A stretch of DNA of 64,000 nucleotides, from the NCBI RefSeq assembly GCF_009914755.1, contig NC_060940.1; one strand, given 5' to 3'. This document shows positions 49,826-64,000 of the stretch, piece by piece. Each line of letters begins with the position of its first letter. Positions within the stretch are counted from its first letter, which is position 1. Origin of the DNA: the human T2T-CHM13v2.0 reference genome, Homo sapiens. The position numbers were made by a program, and so were the translations under genes. The notes under the pieces are model-generated. The model ran no database searches and was not told the origin of the DNA. It saw only the letters and a list, made by a program, of their open reading frames with translations.

Positions 49826-50529
49826 GGGAGCACCTTGAGCTGTAGAACAACTTGATGGCTATAGAAGAGGCTTTTCTGTTGGAGGATATTATTGATTAGT
49901 TACCTCCTGTCTCTCAAATTATGATACATTCTTTCTCTCCTGGGCCATCAAACAATTTTGGGGAATTTCAGACCTCACGATGCCTTAACTGGAGTCATAT
50001 TTATCAGTGAGCAGGCCTGAAATGATGCCATATGCATAAAGCAGATGCTGCAGACGTTCTTTCACCTTGCACCACACTTTTTCCTGTGGCCACTTTATAG
50101 CTGGAAAGCAGGAAACTCTACTTTCTGGTGTTTTCAGAGGTTAGAGCTCTTTCAGCTCTTGGCTCATGGGTGATGAGTGGTCCTCTCTCTGGCGAACCCA
50201 ACAATGTCTCTTTGTTTTTCTGTTTGCTCAGCTACTCTGATCATGCACAGAAGTTACAGATTTAGCATGTGGCTAGAGGAATTGGCTTTAGAGCCAGACA
50301 GAGCTCAGTTTGCATTCTAGCTCTCCAGCCCCACCTGTGTAATCTTGGTTAATATGTAACTTTTCAAAGCCCATTCTCTCTATGATTAAATGTGGTAGAG
50401 TAGTCCTGTCTTCCTTACAGCATTGTCAAAAAGAATAAATAAAATTAATTTCAGACAAGTATTTAGTTTAGGGCCCACATGTTAGCTGTTACAATAATAA
50501 TATATATATTTACAAAAAACCCTATTTTT

Positions 50530-51998
<1,469 letters not shown>

Positions 51999-53751
51999 TC
52001 ATAAGCGTGCAGGGTTAGTTTGGTGAATGGCTTCACACTTTGCCACCTCTGTGCCTTTGACCATGTTGATGCTTCCCTCAGGAAAATTGCTCCATGCCTC
52101 TGCATTCATAAATCCAAACAGACACACCCTTACTTTCTCTGTGTCTTGCCTTCTCACACATAAGGAACATCTATTATATTGGCATTGTTAAATAATCATC
52201 TCACTAGTTTTGACAACACTCCTTCCCATTGGAGTAAGGATGGAGTTCGCTATGATCTCCAGCTTACTGGGATAGTCTCAGTCAGAGCTTTCCATTCCTG
52301 TAGCAGCAGGAAAGGGGAAGAGAGGAATGAGAAAAAGGGGACACTTCTCACTGGAGTCAACTCCTTTTAAGGAGCCTTCCTGTAAGTCTCTCTTTCTCCC
52401 TTTCTGCCGTTATCTCTTTACATCTCATGGGTCAGAATGTGGTCATGTGGTCATGCCTTGCAAGGGAGTCTGGGAAATGTAGTCTTTTAGCTGAGTGATA
52501 AATGTTTCTCATACTAGCAAATAAGAGGACATCAAGTAGGCACTAGTGTTTATGTCACTGTCCCCTTGAACTCACCCACCACATAAATAGCTAGGGCAGT
52601 GATGAATGTTGGGTAGAGAACTTAATTTGAGAAGAAAACACTGAACTTCAGTGCTGATATGCCTTCCCTAGTCTAGTTTTCTGTGGAAACTGGAAATCAG
52701 CCTGGCTTGAGGAAAGCCCCCTGGAGTGAGTGTCTTGACCCAGATTCCCATGTTTGTTTTGCCCTCCATGACCTTAGGAGCAGGGGACTGAAAGGTGACT
52801 GTTCAGTTTCCTCCATCCCTCTGTGGTTCTCATGGAAGCACCCTGCCTATTCTGATCCCAAGCCATGCATGTTTCTGTTGTTACTAAGCTTCTTACCACT
52901 GTCTTTGGTTCCTGCTTATAAATGTTTAAAAATATTCGCTTGACGCACAGTGGGATTATAGACTCTCTCATTTCCGAAATGAAAAGCAGCTCATGCATTA
53001 TTCAAGAAAAATATTGTATTGTTGAACAAAGGATGGGTACACTCATCCCTTATTATGCATTCCGGTCTTTGCTACCTTATTAGTAGATGTGTTCTGTGAG
53101 AATTTTACTGATGGGGTTTGTAAACAAAGGCAGAGAACAAACACTAATGTGTTGAGATGGCATGATTAAAAGATTATCATAAAATCATCAACTTGCATGC
53201 CTGGGAGGTCTATAGTCTACTCAACACTTGGGCTCCTTCTACCTATTCCTACCACATGGAAGCTCAACCTTGGCTTGAACACTTCCAGTTGTGGGAAACT
53301 CACTACTCCCAATTTCACCTTTGTGCAGTTTGATTATAAGGAAGTTTGTCTCAAATTGGGCTGAAATCTCTTTCCTTGTGGTCTTTACCCATTGGATTTA
53401 GTTTTCACATGGAACAATTCTGTTCCCTTTCTCCCTGATGACCCTTTAGTTTTATACAGATGGCGATTGTTGAAATCCACTTGTGTCATTTCTTTGAAAG
53501 GTCAAAAATCTTCTAACTTTTCAGCCATTCTCCATGACGAAAAAGGAGAGTTCATTGGATCTAACAAGGATTTATCAAAGAGCTTTCTCTTTATGATCCA
53601 GACATGGTGATAAGCATGTTTATGGCTTATAACACTTTGCAGTTAAGCAAAGATTTGCAGGGTATTCAACTATCAGGATTCAAAATTCCACACCTTTCCA
53701 GTCCTGTCTCCCACCACTTTCCCTCTCACCCTTCTTCTTCAGAGTTCCTGA

Positions 53752-53993
<242 letters not shown>

Positions 53994-54214
53994 GAGAGTT
54001 CCCGAATTTTCTATTCTTCAAACACACCAAGATCCTTCCTGCCTCAAGGCCTTTGTACATGCCATCCTTGCTGCCTGGGATGCCTTCCCAAATCTTCATA
54101 ACTGCTGCTGCTTCTCACCATGCAGCTGTCATGCACAAGACATCTTTTTAGAGAAGCCTACATAGATTTCTATCTAAACTAGGCCTTCAATCCTACTTCT
54201 CCTCCATTACCCTC

Positions 54215-54574
54215 TGGCTTAGTCCATTAGGGCTGTTACAGCAAAGTACCATAGACCAGGTGGTTTATAAACAACAGAAATTTATTTCTCACAGTTCTGG
54301 AGGCTGGGAAGTCCAAGATCAAGGAACCAACAGATATGTTGTCTGGTGAGGGTCCACGTCCTGGTTCATAGGGAGTGCCTTTTTGCTCTGCCCTCACACC
54401 ACAGAAGCGAGGAGGGAGATCTCTATGGTCTCTTTTACATGTGCACGAATTGCACTCATGAGGGCTTCACCCTTATGATCTAATCACCTCCCAAGGGTCT
54501 CACCTCCTAATATTATCACATCAGGGATTAAGTTTTCAACATACGAATATTTTTTGGCGTGGGGGACCATAACA
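54215..54574 (-). mobile_element. MLT1A-type MaLR LTR
   Basis: CTTAGTCCATTAGGGCTG...ATTTCTCACAGTTCTGGAGGCTGGGAAGTCCAAGATCAAGG. Confidence 0.85.
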
Positions 54575-55818
54575 CTCTCTATTCCATTACCCTGCTTAAT
54601 TTTTCTGTAGCACTTTCCATGAAATAAGTCAATTCAACAAATATTTACTGAGCATCTACTATGTGCCAGCACAGTAATTGTTCTAGGCACTTTGGCTACA
54701 GCAGTGAACAAAACAATGATTCTTGCCTTCATGGAGCTTACATTCTCACAGGAGAGACAGAAAATATATGATACACATAAGAATAAATTATCTGATACAT
54801 TAAAAGGAATGAGTTATGGAGAGGAAAATAGGGAAGGTAAGGTTAGAGAGTTGTGAGCACAGGTGGGGCAAGGTTGTGCATTAAATAGGGAGGCTGGATA
54901 TGTCTCTCTAAGAGATGAGATTTGAGCAAGGACAATTTCATTGCATCAAATTATCTTTTAGATTTGTTTATATATTGATTTTTTGCACCCACCCCCCACT
55001 CCCCACTGCAGCTGACCTCAGTGTAAGATCTATAAGGCCAGGACCTTGTCTGTCTTGTTTTCCATCAGTATCCAGTGTCTGGCACAGTGTAGGCTCTCAA
55101 TGGGATGTTGGTTGAATGACTGTCAAATGCCTAAATGATAAGATAGGAGGCAGTAGCAGAGGTTTTGGTCCTAGGTGTACTGTAAAATCCATGCACCTGC
55201 ATGCTTCACTTCCCCCTGTGAATGCTCCTTTTAGGTCTTGCCTCCCTCTTTTCTCTCCCATAGAAGAGTGAAATCACACCTATTTCCAGCAACACATCCT
55301 ATGGTTATGGCTAGGTAGAACAAGTGCTATCATCCCCATTCTGCAGATGAAGAAACTGAGGCTCAGAGAAGTTCAAGGCTGTGCAGCTCTAGTGACAGAG
55401 GGTGGGTTTGAACCAGAGTCATTGCCACTAACAGGAAGGCCAGCAGTTACCTGTAAGCCCCATCTCTCAGTGAGTTTTCTGCACCATCCTTGGACTAGAG
55501 CTTCCCTGAGCAGCACAGAGGATGGGCCTTGCCCGGGAGAGCTGACTCTTCCTCTGCTCCCTCCACTCATGTTCTGAGATGGAATTTCCCCCACGGTGAA
55601 CTTGATGCTTCAAAGCTCTCTCTGAACCAATTCAGTTAAGGCAAATCTGGCTGTGTCTGATGGGTTCTCTTAAACTGACCAAATAAATAGGCAGGGAGCT
55701 TTGAATAATTGGCTTTTGCTTCTCAACGCCAATTGTTATAACAATGAATCCTTCATCCTGCCTTTTTCAAGACAACTAAATTGTCTTTCCGGTCTCAGGA
55801 GAAAGATTAACTCTTTGA

Positions 55819-56415
<597 letters not shown>

Positions 56416-58079
56416 TAATTTCCCTTGTAATTTTTTTTCAGTGACTCCTCTTTATTTTGCAAGTCAGATTCATTCTCAAACTAACTCCTGTCATGAATGC
56501 AGTATGGTTACAACAAACTGCTTCTTGCCTTCTCACTCATGTCCAGGGCCAGAATGAGCACTTTTGCTTTCACATTCAAGCAAGGGTCCTGAGATTCACC
56601 TTGGTGGTACCTATGTCGATCACATGCCCAAGTCTGAACTGGAGACTGGGCTGGGGGACTAAAAGATGCTGATTGCTTTAAGCCAGTCAGAGCTCACTCT
56701 TGCTGCAGGCCAGGGCATGTATTTCCCTTAAAGCATATTGGTTGTATTAGGGGGAGAAAGAGGAAGGGATGGATGTGGGAAGGCAGCCAGCACATATTTG
56801 CTACAGACTCACTTTAGAATAAGAACAACTGAGGATTGAGTAACTTATTAAAGGGCATTTGGCTATTCAGTAGTGGATCCGGGGCCAGAACCCAGGCGGT
56901 CATCTTTGTATTCAGAGTTCTTTCTAAATATCAGATTCTCTCCGCCCTTTGCCTGTGTTGAATTTGTGATCCTCTTTTCATCGGAGGCTGGGCAGCTATC
57001 AGCAGAGTAACGTATTAGGGGTGAGAGAAGGTCTCCTTCCTGTCTTGCTGATGCCAGAAATTCTACATAATTACCTTCTTTTGGGTCACAGTATTGCTCA
57101 TTCATTCAAAAACAAATATTCATTGAGCTGGGAATACTGGCTGGCCTGGGCCATCTGAAAACCTATCTTTTAATCAGGAGTCTTTTCATTGCAAGTAATA
57201 GAAACCTGCTCAAGTTACTTTGGGCAAGTAAGAGAGGGGAATTTATTCTAAGGATACAGGATACTTTATCCCATCTACTAATCTCTCACATATTATAGAA
57301 TAATTTTATATGCCAAATGTTTAATAACAATGCACACATTGTTTATTGGACATATTGATTGACAGTTGAGGTCTCTGTAGCACGTTTGATAGTTCACTGC
57401 ATCTTCCTTAGTGAATACCCTGTAACTGTTATTATATCTGGGTTTAGGGAACTTCAGATAAAATCTAGCCCCATTTGCGTGCACTTCCAGATAGCCGATT
57501 TAGGCTTAATTACATGGACATGTTCAAGAAAAGTGAAGGGACTGAACAGTTTCTCAGGAGGAAAAGGAGGGATGCATCAGAAAGCTGGATAGTGAACTCT
57601 GCTCATTATGAGGCTTAGATATCCAGTGGCTGCAACCTCTGCAGCATGCATGTGTTTTACTGAGCTTGCTTTCTGATTCCAGTCCCACAGGTGCAAGCAA
57701 AGACCACTCCAGGCTTATAGGAGGTGTGTTGGTTTTATAAAGTTTTCTCAACTCACTCCCATGTACGAGCTGGGACCATGGAAAAATTTCTTGGCCATTC
57801 AAGTCTTCAGACACTGTCAAAAGAGGATGAGGTGATGTCTCCCTCTTTATGTAGACCCTGAATGACTTTCTTTTGGGGATGGTAAGAGAGTCACCTTCCC
57901 ATACATCTGGATCTGATCATCTTGAATCATCCTTTCCAGTTCATGGACTTCATAATGGTCTCCTCATTTTGAAAAGTGGGGGGACCAACACCTAGGCAAC
58001 CCAATGAGTAGGCAGGTATCTTTCCCCAAGAATGAATGAATTCTTCCTTTTTTTTCCCCCAACAAATTCTGTAGAGCTC

Positions 58080-58235
58080 TTGTGCTCAAAACTGCGCAGC
58101 ATCAGAATCAGTTGGGAACTTGCTAGAAATGAAGACTCTTAAGTCCCACCCTAGACCCCAAGTCAGACACTGTATTTTAGTAAGAATTCCCTGGGCCATT
58201 CCCATGCACATTAAAGGATGAGAAGCACTGCTGTA
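58080..58235. mobile_element. MER5A
   Basis: GTGCTCAAA...CAGCATCAGAATCA...CTTGCTAGAAATG...ATGCACATTAAAGGATGAGAAGCACTG. Confidence 0.75.
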
Positions 58236-58526
58236 GAAACTGCTTCTCCATCCTCCACATTGCATTTATTTGATTGCTTCTCTGTGTCTGGGAGAAGGGC
58301 CAAGGTCATGTCTACTCACCTGTACATCTCCATCTCCTATGTAGTGCCAGGTGTCCAGGTGGCACTCAGTAGCCATTTGATGACTAGATGGATGGAGAAA
58401 ATAAGTTTCCCTGCTTGTCAGGGAGGCTACAGTCCTAGTGGGAGAACGCTGGGGTCAGGAGGGAAGAGAAAGGTCACTAAGCAGTTCTGTTGCATCCAAC
58501 ATTTCTTCAGCATCTAATTTGTGTGA

Positions 58527-58961
<435 letters not shown>

Positions 58962-59069
58962 TGAACCCAGCACAGTTGTTTTGCTTTCTTTCTACACAGG
59001 CACTCCGTGTTTGTGTGAGCGTGGGCTTGGCACCTAACCTTCCTGGACTCTACTGTCTGAATCTGCAGC

Positions 59070-59555
59070 AGAGGCTTTGGTGCCATGCTCATATCCCCCC
59101 TCCTCTCAAACTCACTGTTCCTGCCAACCGCTTCTGTCTGCAAGGAGCCTCTGACTATGCCTGAGGGCTTCTGCTGGCTCTAGGAACATGTCTGTCCCAC
59201 GCACAAGCAAGCTAGAAGTGCCAGGGAGTTAACACCCCCAGGAGCAGTCTTCAACCAACAGCAAATGGGAGTTGATGAGTAAACACCCTGTGGGTGGGAT
59301 AACTGGGTGCATTGGGTGGGATAACTGGGCGCATTGGGTGGGATAACTGGATGCATGTCCTACACCACCTCCAAGATTCTCTCTTGGGATGAAGCCCCTG
59401 GGCGCCCACAGTGGTGACCTGCTCATTGGTTTCCTTCCCTTCCCTGTCTCACTTTCTTACTCTCCTTCTGGTGCTTCCTGGTATCTTCTGGTAAATACAT
59501 TGTTTACATTCAAGGCTTTATTTTAGGGTCTTCTAGGAAACCAAATCAAAGACAG
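59070..59555 (+). mobile_element. LTR16-like ERVL LTR with an internal 3 x 22-bp repeat (59291-59356)
   Basis: GAAGTGCCAGGGAGTTAACACCCCCAGGAG...CCTTCCCTTCCCTGTCTCACT...AAAGACA; unit TGGGTGGGATAACTGG(G/A)(T/C)GCAT. Confidence 0.65.
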
Positions 59556-59840
59556 CATCTGTTAAATAAAAACAACGGCAGCCAATGAGTTCTGATTGCC
59601 TGACACTGTGATGAGCCTCTGTGTGCATTACCTTCTTTAATCTTCATAGCAGCCCTCTGAGGTAGGTGCTGGTAAGGTCTCCAGATGAGGAAAATGAGGA
59701 CCAGATGGGTGAAGGAATCTGACAAAGTTTGTACATGGTAGAGTCAAGGTTTGGATCTATTTCTGTTTGATGTCAAACCCCATGGTCTTGAAATACTTGC
59801 CCTCCATGATCATTTGGATTATTGGATTATTTGGATCATT

Positions 59841-60153
59841 ATTTATAAAGAAAAAGAGGTTTAATGGACTCACAGTTCCACATGGCTAGGGAGACCTCAC
59901 ATCATGGTGGAAGGTGAAAGGCACATCTTACATGGCAGCAGCCAAGAGAGAATGAGAGAGCCAAGTAAAGGGGGAAACCCCTTATCAAAACATAAGATCT
60001 CATGACACTTATTCACTACCATGAGAACAGTATGGGGGAAACTACCCCCATGATCCAGTTATCTTCTACTGGGTTCCTCCCTACAACACATGGGAGTTAT
60101 GGGAGCTACAGTTCAAGATAAGATTTGGGTGGGGACACAGCCAAGCCATATCA
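59841..60153 (-). mobile_element. THE1 MaLR LTR missing one terminus
   Basis: AAAGAGGTTTAATGGACTCACAGTTCCACATGGC...GATTTGGGTGGGGACACAGCCAAGCCATATCA. Confidence 0.9.
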
Positions 60154-60614
60154 TTGCCTGAAATCCTGAATGTGAAGGTTTTTTGAAAAAATGAGAAGTT
60201 TAATTGTCATCATTATGTTTTTAGAATGGGCTAATTTTGTCAAAGTCTTTCTTGCCAAAGGGGTTAGGAGAAGTCAACCATGGCTGGGGTTGCAAGGGCT
60301 CTGATAGGATACTTGGAGCATCCTCATGTTAGGATTTGATGGGACTAGAAGGAAATGGAAAAATGCTAAGTCTAGGGACTGGAGATACCTTGACAGTGGA
60401 ATAGGATGAGAATGAATAGATGCAAGGACAAGCTGGGAAAATGCAGAAATGATCTGGGTCCCCCTAGAGACAGTCCATGTATGTATGGTGCTTGGGGTCG
60501 GGGCATAACAAAGGACTGTAATAGACAAACCCGTAGAAGTAGAAACAGAAATTATATGTCAGCATGGCAGTCAAAGATGACCACCTGACATCCACATAAA
60601 TAAATTCTAGGTGG

Positions 60615-60785
60615 CAGAATGGCAAACAGCTTTTATCTTACATGCCACTCTTACTGACTGACAGTGGTTCCTGGAGCCCTGTTTGGAGGCTTCTTCCCAC
60701 CTTACAGCAAAAGAGAGTCATGATTGATTAGTAATGTCTGTTTGGGGCACAGGAGTGGAGAGTGTTGGTGCACATGCCACCTGGC
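60615..60785. mobile_element. MER102-like hAT-Charlie fragment (another at ~61860-61970)
   Basis: TGGCAAACAG...CAGTGGTTCCTGGAGC...TGATTGATTAGTAATGTCTG. Confidence 0.6.
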
Positions 60786-60790
60786 GGAAC
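60772..60790 (-). promoter_or_regulatory. Candidate CTCF motif
   Basis: minus strand GTTCCGCCAGGTGGCATGT; CCGCCAGGTGGC core. Confidence 0.45.
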
Positions 60791-63700
60791 AGACTGAATT
60801 CCAAATATGAGTCAGAAGAATTCTCTCAGTCAGGATTGAAGCAGCGTTTACATTTCAAGTAGGCGTTCACTTTCGAAAGGGATGATTTCCCTTTGAAGAC
60901 AGCTTATCTTTAATTTGAACATATGTGGCAAACCTAGGCAATATGCAAAATTACAGCTTGATTATAACTCCCTAGGGGCAAGGAAGAGAAGAATTGGCAA
61001 TTTACTGAGTGGAATACACATAGAAGAAGAACCCCAGGCTTCCATCTTTTGGTAGGGGTGCCGTCTGTGTTGGATGGGCTGTGGTGATGCTCAGTTTTAT
61101 CATAACCTTTTCTGAGTCTGATTTTTCACCTCTGGGAACTCAGGCTGCTTGGTCTCATCTAAGCATCAGTGACAAGCTCTGATGGTTGGAGTTTTGTTTT
61201 CTTGAGTTACTGCAGATGGGAGAGGGAGGCAGGGAGCCCCACACAGGTCACAGTGAATGGGTGCATCCACCTGTGAGCAATGCTGAACACAAACTATTAA
61301 TAATGCAGCAACTTCTGCCTTTGTGTTTGGAGCTCGTGTAAGATTTGCTGAATCACAGAACTTACCGATGTTCAATGCAGACCTGTATGGCAGGAGGATT
61401 CAGACTCACACTTTGAGTTCAACCCATAATTTGTACCCTTGATTTCAAAATGCCCTTGGGAATCACCTTTTATCTCACAAGGTGGTGTGAAATTCTCTTC
61501 AGATTTCCAATGGAAATTCAGTTTCAATTTGCTTTAATTAACAAAGTGCCCAGATCACTTAGGTGAAGTCTCATGGAGTCAACTTGTCATGAAATTACAT
61601 TGGGACAAATTCTGTTCGTGTTTAATTAATAATTGCCAGGTTAAATGGTTTAACGGTGTACACTGAGATTCTATAGTGAGAAGTGGCTTTTCTAAAATGG
61701 GCTGTACATTCAGGGGATTAGTAGAGGGAGGGGAGACATAATTCCCTTAGTACAAAAGGATGATTTGGAAGCTGTTAGGTGGAGTACTGCTAGAGAAAAA
61801 GGGTGAAAAGCAGATTTTTTTTAGGTTAGTAGTGAGTGCTTGAAATTTAACGAAATAGGATTGATGCTGAGGCTAGGATGGGTGAGATGGAATGCCAGCA
61901 TTGATTAGCAATGTCTGCCATGGGTAAGGGAGGAGAGGAAACAGCACACACACATATGTGCTATCCCTTCTCCAGGAGAAAGCTGTTTAGAAACACAGGG
62001 CCGTAGAGCAGACATTAACTGTCCTGGAAGTGAGAGAGAATTGGACAAAGTCCATTCTGACTGCCGTTACTGGAGGAGAACTTTTGATTTAGACATTGGC
62101 AGACTCCAGAAAAAGCTCGCCTCTCCGCCCTCCTCTGTTTCCTAAGAGGATGAGCCAAAGATATTGTTTAGGAGCTAATGCAAATGAGGTTTTCAGGCAG
62201 AGGAGTGACAAGTGAGAGAAAAGCAAATGTCTCCTTTTGGCACTGGGCAATGACTAGTAGGACTATAAAAGAAATTGCTTTGTGGAACCACGACAAGAAT
62301 GGTGCTCGATTTTCCTTGGAATTTCCACTTCTTCCAGAGCTATGGGATGGAAAGTGTTCACTCAGCTTTGAATAGGGATTCAAATGCCGGCTCCACCAGG
62401 TATTACCTAAGTATGCTTGGATAGGTCATTTGAACGTTCTGAATATTATTTTCTTCATGTGGAAATTAAGACTAAAAATACAAAACCCATTTAACTCACA
62501 CGATTGTGCCAGAAGTGGAATATTAATGTCTCCAATTTGGAAACTACATGTGCAGCTGTGACTAACACACTGTCAGGCACATAGTACATGTTCAATAATA
62601 TGAATTCAGAAAGGAAAATTCCATTTAGGTTTAGACTCTCCTGGTGTTTGCCCCATCTTTTGCTTCTACCCTTAAGGTTCTGGAACCTTTCTTTTTGGAG
62701 ATCATGCCTTCCAAAATGTTTACAGAAAAAAAAAAGAAACTTCCAGATTCTGGTGGCTTTGGACACCTTATCACCTCTGTGAATTCAAGAGATGCTGCAG
62801 GAAAAGGCAGTGTGATTGTTCAAGCTCATCCCAAGTGAGAGGACTTGGCCAGCCTGTCTAGATGATTGAATCCCTTTCTTGATGAATGTCCTGGATGTTG
62901 GGGTTTTATGTACTTCATTTTATGCGACTGGAGGAGGGAGCTAGGGACACTCCCTGCCCAGGTCTTCATGAAGCTCCAAGGTGAGAATCACTGCCAGATG
63001 ATTTCTGACCATCTTGTTCTTTTAGGAGCTAAGCTCTACCTCTCATTTGTATGGTTCTGGACTCATGCAACCCTTACAAATCCAGGGAGGATGAATTTTC
63101 CATCAGAGTCATAAAAGACTTCAGGCAGGAAGGACCTAGGGGATTGGCAAGACAGTCCTTACCCATGGAGCTCCACTAGCAGAAGGAAAGTCTACTCATG
63201 TCTGATTCTACAATCCTGTCTGCCTTAAGGTGATTCACAAATTGTTAGCAGTGGATGGGTGGAGAATTCAAGGGTTTCTGCTTGTGTTTTTACCACCCTC
63301 CATTCTGGCTAAATATAGTTGAGCTTCTGTGATAGTAATACATCTAAATACCAGATTTTTCTGCTATTACTGTGCCCAGGATCAACCCATCATTACCCTA
63401 TCCTTGGCCCTAACTGTGCAGACACCAGGTCTGCCAGGGTCCTTCCTCACTTTGGAATTTAAACCACAGTAATTGTTTCTTATTTATTTTTCCTTGCGTG
63501 GATTAAGGCTAACATCATCTGCTGCCTCTTGCTTCTCCTCTTGCACACTGAGAAGGTCGGAAGTCCGCATCCAGACTCAAGCATCGCTGGGCTTTTGTGT
63601 TGGGAGTATTTGAATGTCTTGCCCACGGAGAAAGAAAGGCCCCGCTCTCTGGGTCTCTTTGAGAGCACTGAGACACGAAGCCCTGGAGGCATTTCCTCAT

Positions 63701-64000
63701 GGGCAATCAAGGGAGAAGCAAAAGCCGATTTTTCTGTTTTCTGGCAGCAGCCTTTGCTTTCCCTCTCTCTCTGGGGAAATTAGCTTGCTGGCATGGACAG
63801 AGGGAAAATAAACAAGCCTAACCTGAAATATGCATTAGAGTTGAGCTATTTTTGGAGATTCCCAAGATTGAAAATGGCTGAAGGCTGACCAGTTCCCATC
63901 TGCCCTGAATTAACTTTCTGAGGTTTTGTGGGGAGAGTGAGGGGCCTGGGCATATCAGGACACTTAGCTGAGATTGGCATTGATTTGTGGATCTGAGCAA

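Overview
Non-coding primate (hominoid-type) genomic DNA, either intronic or intergenic. No protein-coding exon, RNA gene or CRISPR array can be supported. The listed ORFs come from Alu, L1 ORF2 fragments or low-complexity sequence, or are short unsupported ORFs. The window is a layered mosaic of about 22 Alus (J/S/Y), five 5'-truncated L1s with TSDs (one a twin-priming inversion), MaLR/ERVL LTRs, hAT/Tigger DNA elements, and many MIR/L2 relics. Most notable: (1) two separately inserted young L1s 25 kb apart share the same TGG>TGA nonsense change inside the ORF2 CCHC motif, suggesting a defective or non-autonomous source lineage; (2) a ~1.85 kb (GAGCT/GAGTT)n pentamer array resembling an AGCT-dense immunoglobulin-switch repeat with no Ig exon nearby; (3) several local templated insertions or duplications copied from 1-3 kb away, one inverted into an Alu with junction microhomology; (4) an 8x46-bp VNTR inside an LTR; (5) a convergent pair of CTCF-like motifs. 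Repeat subfamily names and consensus comparisons are from recall, not a database search, and boundaries of old repeats are approximate.
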